DNA of 64,000 bases from a virus (taxonomy: Duplodnaviria > Caudoviricetes). Under the pieces are notes generated by a model that saw only the letters and a list, made by a program, of their open reading frames with translations, ran no database searches and was not told the DNA's origin. The stretch lies in the IMG/VR virus record IMGVR_UViG_3300029288_000134, positions 22,177-86,176 of that record. One strand, given 5' to 3'. Both the position numbers and the translations under genes were made by a program. Shown here piece by piece: positions 44,232-55,052 of this stretch (positions within the stretch are counted from its first letter, which is position 1; every line of letters starts with the position of its first letter).

Positions 44232-47200
44232 TGAGGGCAATTAATTCTACTCTAGCTACTCTACAAGAGTCTAATACTCGCAAGCCAAGCACAAGGATAA
44301 CAGTGGAAAACAACCGTCTTAACTTTGACGAAGTGTTTTCTTTTGAGCCTGGAGATAATGATTATTACAATGACTCATGCGCGTTGTCTAATGGACTTGT
44401 TTTTCGAGTAAGATGGAGTTCGTCTACCGAAAAGATATTCGGTCAGCTTGTAAACGACTTGTCTCTTGTTGCGCAATGGGAGACGTGGACCGAGCTTGTT
44501 GCATCTGTAGCAGATCCAACAGATGTGAGATGTTGGGCCGATACCGAATCAGGAACAGTAGAAGTATGTTATGCTATCAATGACGGCGGAACACATAAGG
44601 TATACTGGATGCAATCTACCGACAATGCCGATACATTTGGCGCGGCAGAGCTTGCATATACATACGCAGCCAACCCTGTTGGGTACAAGCTATCTATTCC
44701 GTGTAGTTCCACGTTAATCATAGCAGATCGCGCTAGTGCTACTCCGTCGAATGGAGCGCCAACTAAATTTGTCATCAGAGAAAGATCTGTCCTGGGTGTG
44801 TGGTCAACTATATATACGAGTCCATATTATCCACTCGGGGTATACTCTACATGGCATCATAACATTGATTCTATTCTAGTACACGGTGATGGCTATCTCG
44901 GAACATATAATAAAGAGTTCTTTATCGTTAGCTCCCTATGGCCTATGGATGATTATACTACAGAGTATGACACCCACATTATAGGGATACACTTTAAGAA
45001 TGGATTTTGGTCAGACATGTACCCTCTCCTTCAATTGGATACATCAAACGAAACCGAAAGACAGAGTGCGGTAAGGCTTTCTAGAATCAATGGCGAGTAC
45101 TGGGTAACATTTCTGCATGGTGATCCATCTGCCGAGCCATACGATCAATGGTTTTGTAGTGCAATGCGTAGTAGTGACCTTGAAAATTGGACAGATAGAT
45201 TTACCCTTGTAGAAGACCTCAGCGATGTTGGTGGAACATATATGCTCAATCCGGGTAGAATTATTATTGCCGGTAGCTATGCTTACTATGTAGCTGCTCG
45301 AACAGTGATGCGTTCTCTTGGGTGTACACTAACCGGGCAAAACAACGCTACTGATATATCACGCTATGTTACACAGTGGAGCACTAACTTCTCAGATGGA
45401 TCAGCGGGTGTTGCAAATATAACAGTGCGAAATCCAGATCATCTATTTGATAACAGCGAGGTTATCGCAGAGGGCGCTGAGGTTGTTATAACTGCCGGTT
45501 ATTCGGTAGGCATAGAAGCTGGTGATACTACCGGCGTAGCAGTAAGCTATTTCACGGATGATAATGATACTTCTCTAGATGCATATGCTCCTGACGCGGG
45601 ATCATCTTGGGTAGAGCAAGTTGGTGCGTGGGATATTCAATCAAACAAAGCTCACTGTGCCGGAACTGCACCAACAGGTAGTAGCTGGATAGCTACCGTC
45701 GATTGCGCATACTGTGATAAGTTTACGGTACAGGCAACTATTGACCCCGCGTCTGATGCCACTGCTCCGGGCCTAGTGATACGTGCCATAGATGTAAGAA
45801 ACTACATTTCTGTACGATGGCATCAGTCACTATTCGGAGGCTTGCTAGTACAAAACGTCTATAAAAATGGCTCACGAATTTCACATCGTGCGTGGGAAGT
45901 AGAGCCAACGTCGCCCGGCGACCCATTTATAATGAGAATCGAGGTACATGATGATGAATATAAGGTATACCTTGATACCATTCTAAGAGCCTCTTTCTAC
46001 AACTCGTTTAACAGGTCAGCAACAAAACACGGAATGATAGGCTCTCTGGACGATACCTTTGACAATTTTGGCGTATTGATAGATTCATCGATTCAACGTA
46101 TTCAGGTTGGTAAATTCACAATTGATAGTGTGAATCAAGCAAATCTACTCGGAGAAAATCAGCTTTTAATCAATGCCAGAGACGATATTAAGTTACTAAA
46201 GTCATGGAAATCTGATCGAGCATTGACCTATTTAAGTGCAAATAGGTTATACACTCATCTTCCATCTCTTTCTGAGTATCAAGAAAACTTTGTTGATATA
46301 TCTGGAAGTTGGAATTATTCAGCGGATTCAGGTGCAATGCAAGCACTTGGCGTAGATGGGAGCGGGTGGAATATAGCGCTTGCTGGATACGATAGAGCAG
46401 CAAACTGCACGATAGAAACAAGGTTTAAGTTTGCGAATGCGTCTAGTCAGGCTTACGGCGCAGCAGGGGTAATGTTTGGAGTAGATGATTCCACACTAGA
46501 TACTGCCTATTCCCTGTTAGTAATTGGTGACGATAGTTTCTATGCCAAGAAAATGGTCTTGACCAAGAAACTCGATGGAATATCTTATACGCTTGAGTCT
46601 GTAGATTTATCTGGAATACCTGCGCCAGCGGCAGAGACATGGTACTGGCTCAGAGTACAGATATGGTATGGATATATCCAAGGATGGCTAAGTACCAACG
46701 GGTTAACCTGGACACGTTACGTTAATTTTATAGATGGAGCGAGCGCTAGTAGAATAATTGGCGACGGTCTTGTTGGAATAGCAGCGCGTAATCCGCCGAA
46801 AACTAATATATATGATTTCGAGTTTGTCCCTGCTAATGCGGGTGATCTTAATGATATGACGGTTTCTGGTGTATACACTGGTGAAAATGCTGCTATATAC
46901 AAGATTGAAATTGACGGAGATGATGAACCTGATACATTTAAGTGGTCTGACACTGGGGGCGCGTCCTGGAATGCAACTGGTGTAGTAATTAAACCAGGTG
47001 AACTTCACGCTCTAAGCAACGGAATAAGCGTGAAGTTTAATAGTGACGAAGGTCATCGAGATCGCGAGTATTGGGTTTACACGGTAACACCAACGATTCT
47101 GCACTGGAAAGACTTTGACTATTTCCTGGTGTATGGATATGAATTACCACAGACAACTGAAACGCTAACACGTGCAATTGCTGCAAAGGCGGGTATCACA

Positions 47201-48433
47201 CGATGTGGATTTGACTCTGCGTTTTATGATCACTTTGACACGGGAACAATTAGTGAGGGCTGGACATTAAATCCTGCTGCATGGACACTCAGCCCTGCCT
47301 CTGCTGCGGCAAGTGTAATAAGTGGGTATAATACAAGCGCGTTCACATACGCGCTGTGTGGATACTCTGCATCAGATGTTGTTGTTAGACTTAATGTAAA
47401 TTTCAGCGAGGCTGCTCAACAAGGCGGTATTGTTATTCGCGGAAGCGACACTGACTTTACCAATGCAATTGTTATAGCGTTGGGGGTAGACAGGATTCGT
47501 CTTTATAAGAAAACCGGAGCGTCGTCAGTAATGCATACTTTCTATCTACCAGCGACTATCCCAATATATTATTGGAGTGATATGGTTGTACAGGCAAAGG
47601 GAGACTGGATTGGTATATGGGTAAACAAGGTGCATATTGGCTCATGGATAGATGCAGCGACACCTTATTCAGATCAGGTATACCTTGGACTAGCAGCTTA
47701 TTGTCCTGAGGCGGGTGATAAGCCAGTTTCATTTGATTATTTTAGAATAGAAGAACTCCATAATCAGATAGACGGTCTAGTTATTCTTCCGGGCGATACT
47801 GCACAAAAACCACTAGATGCTCTAGTTGATATGAACAAAGCAAAGTATTTTATTAACTACAATTCTGCGTTGCGCTGTGGGTTACTCATGCCTACCACAA
47901 CATCACTTGCAATATCCGATGGCGTGTTCAGATCTGATAAGATAATAGAAGATGTGGAGTGGGCAAGCCATGTTCGCGTAATAAGCGGAACAGACGACGA
48001 GCCTATCTATGCAAATTACCATGATCCTAAGATAGAACGCTTGTATTCAATGCGTCGTTATCACGAAGAAAAGATTGACGGGTTGTATACTCAGGCAGAG
48101 TGTTACAAGGTCGCTCAAGAGATTTGCGACAATATGAACAGACTCGGCGTATCATATACGGGTACTTGTAGACCAAGACTAGAGCTAGAGCTACGGGACA
48201 GGGTACAATATCAAGATCCGCTCGCGGGAATAGACGAAAGCTGCTTTGTTAATACTAACATACTCAGCTATTCTATCTCGGACGAAGAGGTTAAGTTTGA
48301 GCAAACATTAACCCTAGAAAACACCTCTCCTATTATTAGCGGGACGGAGAAGGTATTACGAGTAATTGGAGACTTTGGCAATAGGCCAAGGCTAGAATGG
48401 GATGGTCCATCTAAAGATTCATGGTGGATATAA
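44231..48433 (+). CDS. large tail tip / baseplate hub protein with propeller-like and lectin-like insertions
   Basis: 1400 aa; Asp-box-like STDNADTFG and SSDLENW; three ConA/DUF1080-like segments; hub-like C-terminus (RLELELRDRVQY.D). Confidence 0.65.
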   Translation: MRAINSTLATLQESNTRKPSTRITVENNRLNFDEVFSFEPGDNDYYNDSCALSNGLVFRVRWSSSTEKIFGQLVNDLSLVAQWETWTELVASVADPTDVRCWADTESGTVEVCYAINDGGTHKVYWMQSTDNADTFGAAELAYTYAANPVGYKLSIPCSSTLIIADRASATPSNGAPTKFVIRERSVLGVWSTIYTSPYYPLGVYSTWHHNIDSILVHGDGYLGTYNKEFFIVSSLWPMDDYTTEYDTHIIGIHFKNGFWSDMYPLLQLDTSNETERQSAVRLSRINGEYWVTFLHGDPSAEPYDQWFCSAMRSSDLENWTDRFTLVEDLSDVGGTYMLNPGRIIIAGSYAYYVAARTVMRSLGCTLTGQNNATDISRYVTQWSTNFSDGSAGVANITVRNPDHLFDNSEVIAEGAEVVITAGYSVGIEAGDTTGVAVSYFTDDNDTSLDAYAPDAGSSWVEQVGAWDIQSNKAHCAGTAPTGSSWIATVDCAYCDKFTVQATIDPASDATAPGLVIRAIDVRNYISVRWHQSLFGGLLVQNVYKNGSRISHRAWEVEPTSPGDPFIMRIEVHDDEYKVYLDTILRASFYNSFNRSATKHGMIGSLDDTFDNFGVLIDSSIQRIQVGKFTIDSVNQANLLGENQLLINARDDIKLLKSWKSDRALTYLSANRLYTHLPSLSEYQENFVDISGSWNYSADSGAMQALGVDGSGWNIALAGYDRAANCTIETRFKFANASSQAYGAAGVMFGVDDSTLDTAYSLLVIGDDSFYAKKMVLTKKLDGISYTLESVDLSGIPAPAAETWYWLRVQIWYGYIQGWLSTNGLTWTRYVNFIDGASASRIIGDGLVGIAARNPPKTNIYDFEFVPANAGDLNDMTVSGVYTGENAAIYKIEIDGDDEPDTFKWSDTGGASWNATGVVIKPGELHALSNGISVKFNSDEGHRDREYWVYTVTPTILHWKDFDYFLVYGYELPQTTETLTRAIAAKAGITRCGFDSAFYDHFDTGTISEGWTLNPAAWTLSPASAAASVISGYNTSAFTYALCGYSASDVVVRLNVNFSEAAQQGGIVIRGSDTDFTNAIVIALGVDRIRLYKKTGASSVMHTFYLPATIPIYYWSDMVVQAKGDWIGIWVNKVHIGSWIDAATPYSDQVYLGLAAYCPEAGDKPVSFDYFRIEELHNQIDGLVILPGDTAQKPLDALVDMNKAKYFINYNSALRCGLLMPTTTSLAISDGVFRSDKIIEDVEWASHVRVISGTDDEPIYANYHDPKIERLYSMRRYHEEKIDGLYTQAECYKVAQEICDNMNRLGVSYTGTCRPRLELELRDRVQYQDPLAGIDESCFVNTNILSYSISDEEVKFEQTLTLENTSPIISGTEKVLRVIGDFGNRPRLEWDGPSKDSWWI

Positions 48434-51400
48434 ATGAGAAAAACACAGATCGGTGCAATTCGCAAAGAGATAGACAGTAGAATACCCGAGGGTCTTAGGC
48501 GAGGAACGATACAGGCCAAGAACGAGGGCGCGAATAAGGTTGACGTTCAGCTTACAGGCTCTCCTAGTTATCTTAAAGGTGTTCGTGTCGCTGGCGCAAC
48601 GGACGTGCGCTCTGCAAGGATTGGCGACGAGGTTATTGTTGGGCTAGCGGATGGTACCCCTGTAGTTCTCGCCATCATGGTCAAAAGCCAGGGCAATATG
48701 ATTGTTCCCTATGAAATGCGTTCTGATAGCTTCATTGGTGGAATGCAAGGGTGGCGAATAAGCAGGAATGGTGACGCAGAGTTCGGTAATATTATAGTAC
48801 GTGGCGAGATTCGCGGATCCGTGATGGCAAAACAAACCATCAATAGTGTTGGCGGATCATTAATGGTAAGTCCGTCAACCGTACTATGTGCGAATGTATC
48901 ATCATCAGATACATATATTGACGTTGTTGATCCTATATTTAATGTTGGAGATATTGTACTACTGAATCCAGATGTTTCTCGTTTAGAGTACATGCGGATT
49001 ACTGGGATAGCCGCATTTCTTGTTGGTAGATATAGATATAATGTAACAAGGAATCTTGATTTAACTGGCGCTAACTATTTTTACAAAGGCGAACCCGTTG
49101 TAAGCACGGGAGATGCTTACGCTATTGCAGATCATGTCAGCGGTTATCTCTTAATGAGAGCAGACGATACTACTGGTCCCTACTATGATGCATTTGTAAG
49201 AAATAGCGGGACATACAATGACGTTACCCGAGTTACTAGGATGGGTAATCTCAATGGGTCCTATGGCATAACCGCTAACTATTGGGGATTCGCAGCAGGG
49301 AAGTATGGCATTGCCGGAAATACATCTATCGTAGTTGATACCAATAGTGGCATTAGAATACTCAACAACACCACCCAGGTTGCCCAATGGAAAACAGATG
49401 GCTCTATTCTAATTGGACAAGAAGCGATAAACCAGTCTAATGTATACATCACGTCAGGTGCTATTCAGTTAAGAAACAACACGGATGCTAAGATAACTAT
49501 TGCCGCTAATGGCTCGATCTCAATGGACGGAAGTATGTCCGTTGGCACTGCCGGGCATATCAAGGGTGGCGCAACTGCATATGGTATAGGCACAGGCTTT
49601 TGGCTTGGGTATGATACCGACGCATACAAGTTCTATATTGGTGCAACCGGAGGGGGCGAACTAACATATGACGGCGCAAATCTTTCTGTTACCGGAGCAA
49701 TCAATGCTTCTTCAGGCTCGTTCACCGGATCAATAACTATTGGCACGGGTGGCGTGCTAAAATCAGGTGTTACTGACTTTTTACATGCGACCGATCCCGA
49801 GTCTGGTTGGTGGCTGGACCACAATGGAGGCACGCCTAGATTTCGAGTTGGCGCATCTGCCTCCGGTGCTCTTGTCAAGGGCATCGTGTGGGATGGCACG
49901 AACCTATACTGGAAAAGCGCAACGTCAATACTTCATAGCGATGGCTACATCTATGTTGGTGACGGTGTTAGCGACGATATTGCTGGCATTAGTTCTGCTG
50001 GATCGGTCAGGATGTGGGTTGGGCACGCAACGGCAACAAGTGCGCCATTCCAGATACATGATTCTGGATCAATGCACACTGCGCCAGGAATAGAGTTTAG
50101 GTATGCTGCCACTGACACAACTGACATTGGCTCTATACGCGCATCGTATGCACGTCGCGAGCTAACAATCAGGCGTCGTACTGGCAACACCGAGGCCGGG
50201 GAGTCGTCTGTAGTCTTTGAAGTACAGCCATCAGATTCGGCATCGTATTTCTTCAGGCACAAGCTAGGAGCAAGTTACTTATCCTGGGGTGATGTTCCAT
50301 CTGGTTCTGGCTGGTCTGAGCCAGTCTATTACATTGGATTTAATAGTGCATCAAATAAAGCGTTACGGTTTAAGAACGCAGGAGAGGGATCATTTGATGC
50401 ATACGTTGACGGTGTTCTTCATCTGGTAATCGAAGATGAACAAACGATATATCCAACAACTGTGCTTACACTTGGTCATAATTCTACCGGCACTCCTGGT
50501 AGCGGGCTAGGCGCACAGATTCTATTTCAGGCAGAAACTACCACTACCGAGAATGTTGATCAGGCGCTAATTGCTGCAAGGTGGTATGACGCTACCCATG
50601 CAACAAGATCGTCGTATCTTCAATTTGCGACATTGAACAACACCGTGATGACGGAGTGGTTGTTTCTTCTGGACAACGGTGAGCTAGGATTAAATACAGT
50701 ATACCCGGATCGCAGGTTCACAATTAAAGGAGTCGCCGGAGAGATACCTGGATTCTCATTGCTTAACTCCGCGGGAGGCGGGTGGTATTTTGACCATAGA
50801 AATAACAACGAGGGTCTTGGAAATGACCTTTGGATTAGCTATGGCGGGGATGCGATATTCTGTATTGATCCAGAGAACTTCAGGTTTGGTGTATCTACAC
50901 AAGACCCCAAGGCCACGATACATGGCATAACAAATGATGCCATTACAGATGCTATAACGAACGTTGCGATACTCGGGCATAATACGTCCGGGACCGCTGC
51001 TACTGGTTTTGGCACTGGACTACTATTCCAAGGCGAAACTACAACTACGATCAATACGGATATGTGTCGTATAGCTGCGGCATGGTCCGATGCCACACAT
51101 GCAACACGCGGCTCGTACTTATCATTTTATACCGGCACTGGTGGGGCAGCATTGTCAGAGCGTGCACGTATTACAAGCACCGCTCTAAGCCTATTCTCTG
51201 GGCAGAACCTTGTCGTGTTTAGTGATGCTGGAACTACAGCTAAGTTTACGTTAACTGGGTCAACCGGCGCCGTAGTGTCTACTGGCTCGTATCGTATAGA
51301 CAACATAGATGGGATGTTTAGTATATACAAGGCGAGCGACAGTTATCCCAAATTCTATGCCGATGATACGTCGATTGGCTTTGGCCCTGGAACAGATGTG

Positions 51401-51748
51401 ATTGACGTGACTATTACTAGAACAGATGCGAGTACATTGTCTATTAACTCGGACTTTGTTTTTAATGAGCTTGCAGGTATTGGGTGGGATAACGGATCTG
51501 GGTCTGTGGACGTAAGCATCTTTCGTGGCGGGGTTGACACGCTTACAACCTACGATACATTTGAGGCAGCCAATGTTAATATCACTGGCGTCTATAAAGT
51601 TGATGGAACACAAGTTGTAAGCAATCGCATCGTGGACGCCCGTATTGACGATGCGGTCAACGAATCGTCCTGGGATAGTACCACGGCTGGCGTGCTGGAT
51701 GCAATAAGGGACGCTTTAATTACCCACGGCTTAATTGCGGCTAGTTAG
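48434..51748 (+). CDS. tail fibre / host-specificity protein
   Basis: 1104 aa, G/T-rich; GWRISRNGDAEFGNI.VRG pattern; an internal ~59-aa duplication. Confidence 0.7.
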   Translation: MRKTQIGAIRKEIDSRIPEGLRRGTIQAKNEGANKVDVQLTGSPSYLKGVRVAGATDVRSARIGDEVIVGLADGTPVVLAIMVKSQGNMIVPYEMRSDSFIGGMQGWRISRNGDAEFGNIIVRGEIRGSVMAKQTINSVGGSLMVSPSTVLCANVSSSDTYIDVVDPIFNVGDIVLLNPDVSRLEYMRITGIAAFLVGRYRYNVTRNLDLTGANYFYKGEPVVSTGDAYAIADHVSGYLLMRADDTTGPYYDAFVRNSGTYNDVTRVTRMGNLNGSYGITANYWGFAAGKYGIAGNTSIVVDTNSGIRILNNTTQVAQWKTDGSILIGQEAINQSNVYITSGAIQLRNNTDAKITIAANGSISMDGSMSVGTAGHIKGGATAYGIGTGFWLGYDTDAYKFYIGATGGGELTYDGANLSVTGAINASSGSFTGSITIGTGGVLKSGVTDFLHATDPESGWWLDHNGGTPRFRVGASASGALVKGIVWDGTNLYWKSATSILHSDGYIYVGDGVSDDIAGISSAGSVRMWVGHATATSAPFQIHDSGSMHTAPGIEFRYAATDTTDIGSIRASYARRELTIRRRTGNTEAGESSVVFEVQPSDSASYFFRHKLGASYLSWGDVPSGSGWSEPVYYIGFNSASNKALRFKNAGEGSFDAYVDGVLHLVIEDEQTIYPTTVLTLGHNSTGTPGSGLGAQILFQAETTTTENVDQALIAARWYDATHATRSSYLQFATLNNTVMTEWLFLLDNGELGLNTVYPDRRFTIKGVAGEIPGFSLLNSAGGGWYFDHRNNNEGLGNDLWISYGGDAIFCIDPENFRFGVSTQDPKATIHGITNDAITDAITNVAILGHNTSGTAATGFGTGLLFQGETTTTINTDMCRIAAAWSDATHATRGSYLSFYTGTGGAALSERARITSTALSLFSGQNLVVFSDAGTTAKFTLTGSTGAVVSTGSYRIDNIDGMFSIYKASDSYPKFYADDTSIGFGPGTDVIDVTITRTDASTLSINSDFVFNELAGIGWDNGSGSVDVSIFRGGVDTLTTYDTFEAANVNITGVYKVDGTQVVSNRIVDARIDDAVNESSWDSTTAGVLDAIRDALITHGLIAAS

Positions 51749-51814
51749 GCACGGTATGTTTTACTAAACCGATGCCACGATGTATAATGAATAAATTAAT
51801 AAAGGGAGGATATA

Positions 51815-52060
51815 ATGTCTAAACAAGATAAGCCAATGAAAGAAATAAAGATAAGGGAAAAGAAAGATCCCAAGGAAATACTGAAAGAACTCTATAACAG
51901 GGTCTTGCTCTTGCAGGGAGAGATCGGCAAGTTAAATGCTCAGATCTCTATTGTTATTGAAATGCAGGATTGGACACCAGCCGAGGCCAATGAGATACTT
52001 GGCGCAGATGTAGTGTTCGATGCTCGAGATCAACAAGTCCCAGTTGATCAGAATAAATAA
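51815..52060 (+). CDS. small coiled-coil protein (possible fibre chaperone)
   Basis: GGAGG RBS; follows the fibre gene. Confidence 0.5.
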   Translation: MSKQDKPMKEIKIREKKDPKEILKELYNRVLLLQGEIGKLNAQISIVIEMQDWTPAEANEILGADVVFDARDQQVPVDQNK

Positions 52061-52065
52061 AAATT

Positions 52066-53445
52066 ATGATCAAAAAACAGATTGCTATATTTTTCACAGT
52101 TGCGATATTTGTTGTATTGACTCTAGTTATCCTGTCTATCATTCATATTAGAACTGCGAATGGTAGTCCGTTTGTAGATACGGATCAAAGTATTTCTTAT
52201 CTACCGATAGTACATACCTATAAGCAAGTTGCCAAACCAAGTAGTGTCACGTCAGTTTACGATGTCAATGGTGACGGCTGTGTAAATGGATATGACGTGC
52301 AATTAGTTCAGGCACACATAGGAGAAGGCTGCGAACAAGAAACGCCTACTCTCACACCTACCATGATTGTGCCTACTTCTACAATAATTCCTGCTTCAAC
52401 TAAAACTCCTGATCCTACCAATACAAACACGCCCATTCCTACTCTAACCGCTACTCCAACAGCTACAGGGCTACTCATGATCTACGAGGGTACGTTGGCA
52501 TCATACATGCCATCAGATCTAGGTAGCCCTTATGGGCATAACTTCTATGTTGGATGGGTTCAGGGCATCCCAGAGCAACTTCCAAAGCTAAACTACATCT
52601 CGCAAACAGACTGGTCTGATCCATACGATACCAACAATCCCGTGTCCTATAATGGTAACATCACGCTGGAAAGTATCGCGCTTGACTCGCAAAATCACCC
52701 AAGAAACAATCGTATATTCGGAGAAGAAAACAATCAGTGGTATCCAGAATGCCCAGGAGCATTGTTCGATGGCAAGATTTGTCCAGGCGCATTTGGAGAG
52801 TATCCATCACCAGAAGTATATGCCCATTGGCTAAAAGATGTTACCGATGCAGTTAAGTTAGGATGGGGCAATCAAGAACATGGGATGATTATTCCATTCT
52901 ATTTGATGCAAGATGATTTACGACCAATAGAGGGTTGTGGGAACAATGGGCATGGCTTTAGTACCGCTGAATATCTAAGACGTTTTGAGGCTGAATGGAC
53001 CAGGCTTGGATTTGGAGAAATTCCGGTAGATGCCATTGTGTACAATCATCATCCATCATGCTCTAGTGCAGGAGAAGAGACATCGTTTGGTGGATATACG
53101 CGCTCCACTGCATACTGGAACGCCAAGAAGCTAGAGATGGCATCATTTGATTGGCTAGATAATGCCGAGATGTGGATCGAGACAACATACGGTCGCACGC
53201 TATATAATACCGACACATATATGTCATGTGACTCGGCAAAGAGATTGCAGAATATCACGACATGGAGCAAGAGTCATGGAATAGGTGGATTGTTATGGTT
53301 CCATACCGTATATGACGATCCTAATCGCTGGTATATGTTTAAGTACGCGGCGCTATACACAACATTAGCACAAGGGCAACTCAGTGTTGTTGGACGAACG
53401 TTCCGAGATGGGGTTGTGCCAAGTACATGCAAATATTACTACTAA
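52066..53445 (+). CDS. membrane-anchored/secreted protein: dockerin-like EF-hand, PT-rich linker, glycoside-hydrolase-like TIM barrel
   Basis: N-terminal TM; SYLPIV; DVNGDGCVNGYDVQLV; TPTLTPT linker; FGEENN, DAIVYNHHP, MWIETT, GGLLWF. Confidence 0.6.
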   Translation: MIKKQIAIFFTVAIFVVLTLVILSIIHIRTANGSPFVDTDQSISYLPIVHTYKQVAKPSSVTSVYDVNGDGCVNGYDVQLVQAHIGEGCEQETPTLTPTMIVPTSTIIPASTKTPDPTNTNTPIPTLTATPTATGLLMIYEGTLASYMPSDLGSPYGHNFYVGWVQGIPEQLPKLNYISQTDWSDPYDTNNPVSYNGNITLESIALDSQNHPRNNRIFGEENNQWYPECPGALFDGKICPGAFGEYPSPEVYAHWLKDVTDAVKLGWGNQEHGMIIPFYLMQDDLRPIEGCGNNGHGFSTAEYLRRFEAEWTRLGFGEIPVDAIVYNHHPSCSSAGEETSFGGYTRSTAYWNAKKLEMASFDWLDNAEMWIETTYGRTLYNTDTYMSCDSAKRLQNITTWSKSHGIGGLLWFHTVYDDPNRWYMFKYAALYTTLAQGQLSVVGRTFRDGVVPSTCKYYY

Positions 53446-53476
53446 CTACAATCATCGAAGCAAGATCGGAGGATGT

Positions 53477-53896
53477 GTGTCCGACCAGTCATTATTGCAA
53501 CTACTTACCCTATTTCTGGATAGATGGGAAAATTTGAGTTGGGTTGTTCATGTGCAACAAGGTATTTGTGGCATAATTGGATCAGCGGCATATATAGCGT
53601 ACAAACATGGCGTATTTCAACTACCATACTATAACAAAAGCAAGAGAACGGTCAGGTTATACATTCTCAGAGAGTTTTTTATTGGTGGAATACTTGCCGT
53701 GATCGTTGACATTGGACTTCCGGTATCATTGCTCGTTGGTGCAACTGGGCCTACGATTATGAGCCTGTTAATTGACAAGATTGTTCCAGGCATAGGCGCT
53801 GCGATAAATGCAGCTATTGATGCAGCGGCCAAGCAAAGGTTAAATCATAAAATAAATGATAACGTAGAGGATAATGATGGAAGCGATGATATTTGA
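53477..53896 (+). CDS. membrane protein, holin-like
   Basis: GGAGG RBS before the GTG at 53477; three hydrophobic helices. Confidence 0.55.
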   Translation: MSDQSLLQLLTLFLDRWENLSWVVHVQQGICGIIGSAAYIAYKHGVFQLPYYNKSKRTVRLYILREFFIGGILAVIVDIGLPVSLLVGATGPTIMSLLIDKIVPGIGAAINAAIDAAAKQRLNHKINDNVEDNDGSDDI

Positions 53897-54380
53897 TTGC
53901 AACTTGTTTGATATGACAACTATATTAGCGCGGTTCATGTTGATATTTGCGCAAATCACATTATTCGTTACGTTGTTTGTATACGATCTCGAAAGTGATC
54001 ACTTGCCAGGGCAGAGAAGCGGAATTGCATTACTCGCATCCTCGGCGATGATAATAATGGCAGAAGCAAATAGAATAATCGTAGAGGTTGTAAAAGAACC
54101 AATAGGATTAGATATTCCCACAACTATTGTATTACTCGCATTCTCCATGACAACGCAAGCCATAATTATAACAAGAATGATCATTAATATTCATAATTGG
54201 CATCATAAGCACAAGCAAGAATTCGTAGAGAATGCTTACGATAATACAATTTTACAGGAGGAATTGGTGAACGAAGAAATATTGACTTGTATAAAGTGTG
54301 GCGCTGGTAACGCCCCGTTTGTTGATAGATGTAGTTGTACACCGTTACCTGCTCCCGTAATTACATGCGGAGGAAACTAA
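53874..54380 (+). CDS. membrane protein (3 TM) with C-terminal CxxC
   Basis: Hydrophobic segments; CIKCG. Confidence 0.5.
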   Translation: MMEAMIFDCNLFDMTTILARFMLIFAQITLFVTLFVYDLESDHLPGQRSGIALLASSAMIIMAEANRIIVEVVKEPIGLDIPTTIVLLAFSMTTQAIIITRMIINIHNWHHKHKQEFVENAYDNTILQEELVNEEILTCIKCGAGNAPFVDRCSCTPLPAPVITCGGN

Positions 54381-54718
54381 TCTGTGAAACCACTGTCGCA
54401 TTGTTGTGTATCATCGGGTTGTCTCACTGGTACGGGTTCCGTTATACGGGGAGAACCATGTCGAATGGCGAGAAGCTCGATCAAAATAAAGCAACAATTG
54501 CAACTTGGTTGCCAGATTTCAAGTTGGGAGATCGTGTAATGGTAACATCGAAATGTGGTAGTATAGAAGTTATCGTTACTGATAGAATGCCACGACCAAA
54601 AGGCGGAAAGGTGGTGATGGATGCAACAGCGATAGTGGCAGATACATTATTTTGCAAAGGATTTGGTGCAACTTGGGGATCCGAGATCGTCACAATAGAG
54701 AAGGTTATTGATCAGTAA
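54365..54718 (+). CDS. RlpA-like double-psi beta-barrel protein (putative lytic transglycosylase)
   Basis: WYGFRYTGRTMSNGEKLD...ATIA...LGDRVMVT...EVIVTDR.P...MDAT matches the RlpA/DPBB_1 pattern; hydrophobic N-terminus. Confidence 0.75.
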   Translation: MRRKLICETTVALLCIIGLSHWYGFRYTGRTMSNGEKLDQNKATIATWLPDFKLGDRVMVTSKCGSIEVIVTDRMPRPKGGKVVMDATAIVADTLFCKGFGATWGSEIVTIEKVIDQ

Positions 54719-54728
54719 AGGAGCCTAT

Positions 54729-55043
54729 ATGAGCACAGAAGACACCGGAACTCTACACATGGGAGATTTATGTAGTGGTGGAATACTATGGAATCCAGGC
54801 AATGCAATAGGAACAATAGAAATCACACAAGGAGACTCAACAGTGATGAACGATGACAAGTTTCAGGAAAACAAAGTAGAGCTTTTCGAGCATTTCCCCT
54901 CTGAGGAAGATGACGAGGCGGAGCATCTTGTACACGGTTTACAAACATCTAGGGCAGCTTTACAGTTGCGTCGGAATCAGCTTGCACGCACTCGTAATCG
55001 GCTTGACTTCTTGATTGCGCAAATAGACGAGGAACTAGAATAA
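54729..55043 (+). CDS. acidic hypothetical protein with C-terminal coiled coil
   Basis: AAGGAG RBS before MSTED. Confidence 0.55.
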   Translation: MSTEDTGTLHMGDLCSGGILWNPGNAIGTIEITQGDSTVMNDDKFQENKVELFEHFPSEEDDEAEHLVHGLQTSRAALQLRRNQLARTRNRLDFLIAQIDEELE

Positions 55044-55052
55044 CAGAGTCAG

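Noticed and set aside
33737-51748. Diversity-generating retroelement (AAC-rich repeats; duplicated fibre segment)
   Set aside because: No reverse transcriptase in the window. The duplicated segments differ at all base types, not only adenines.
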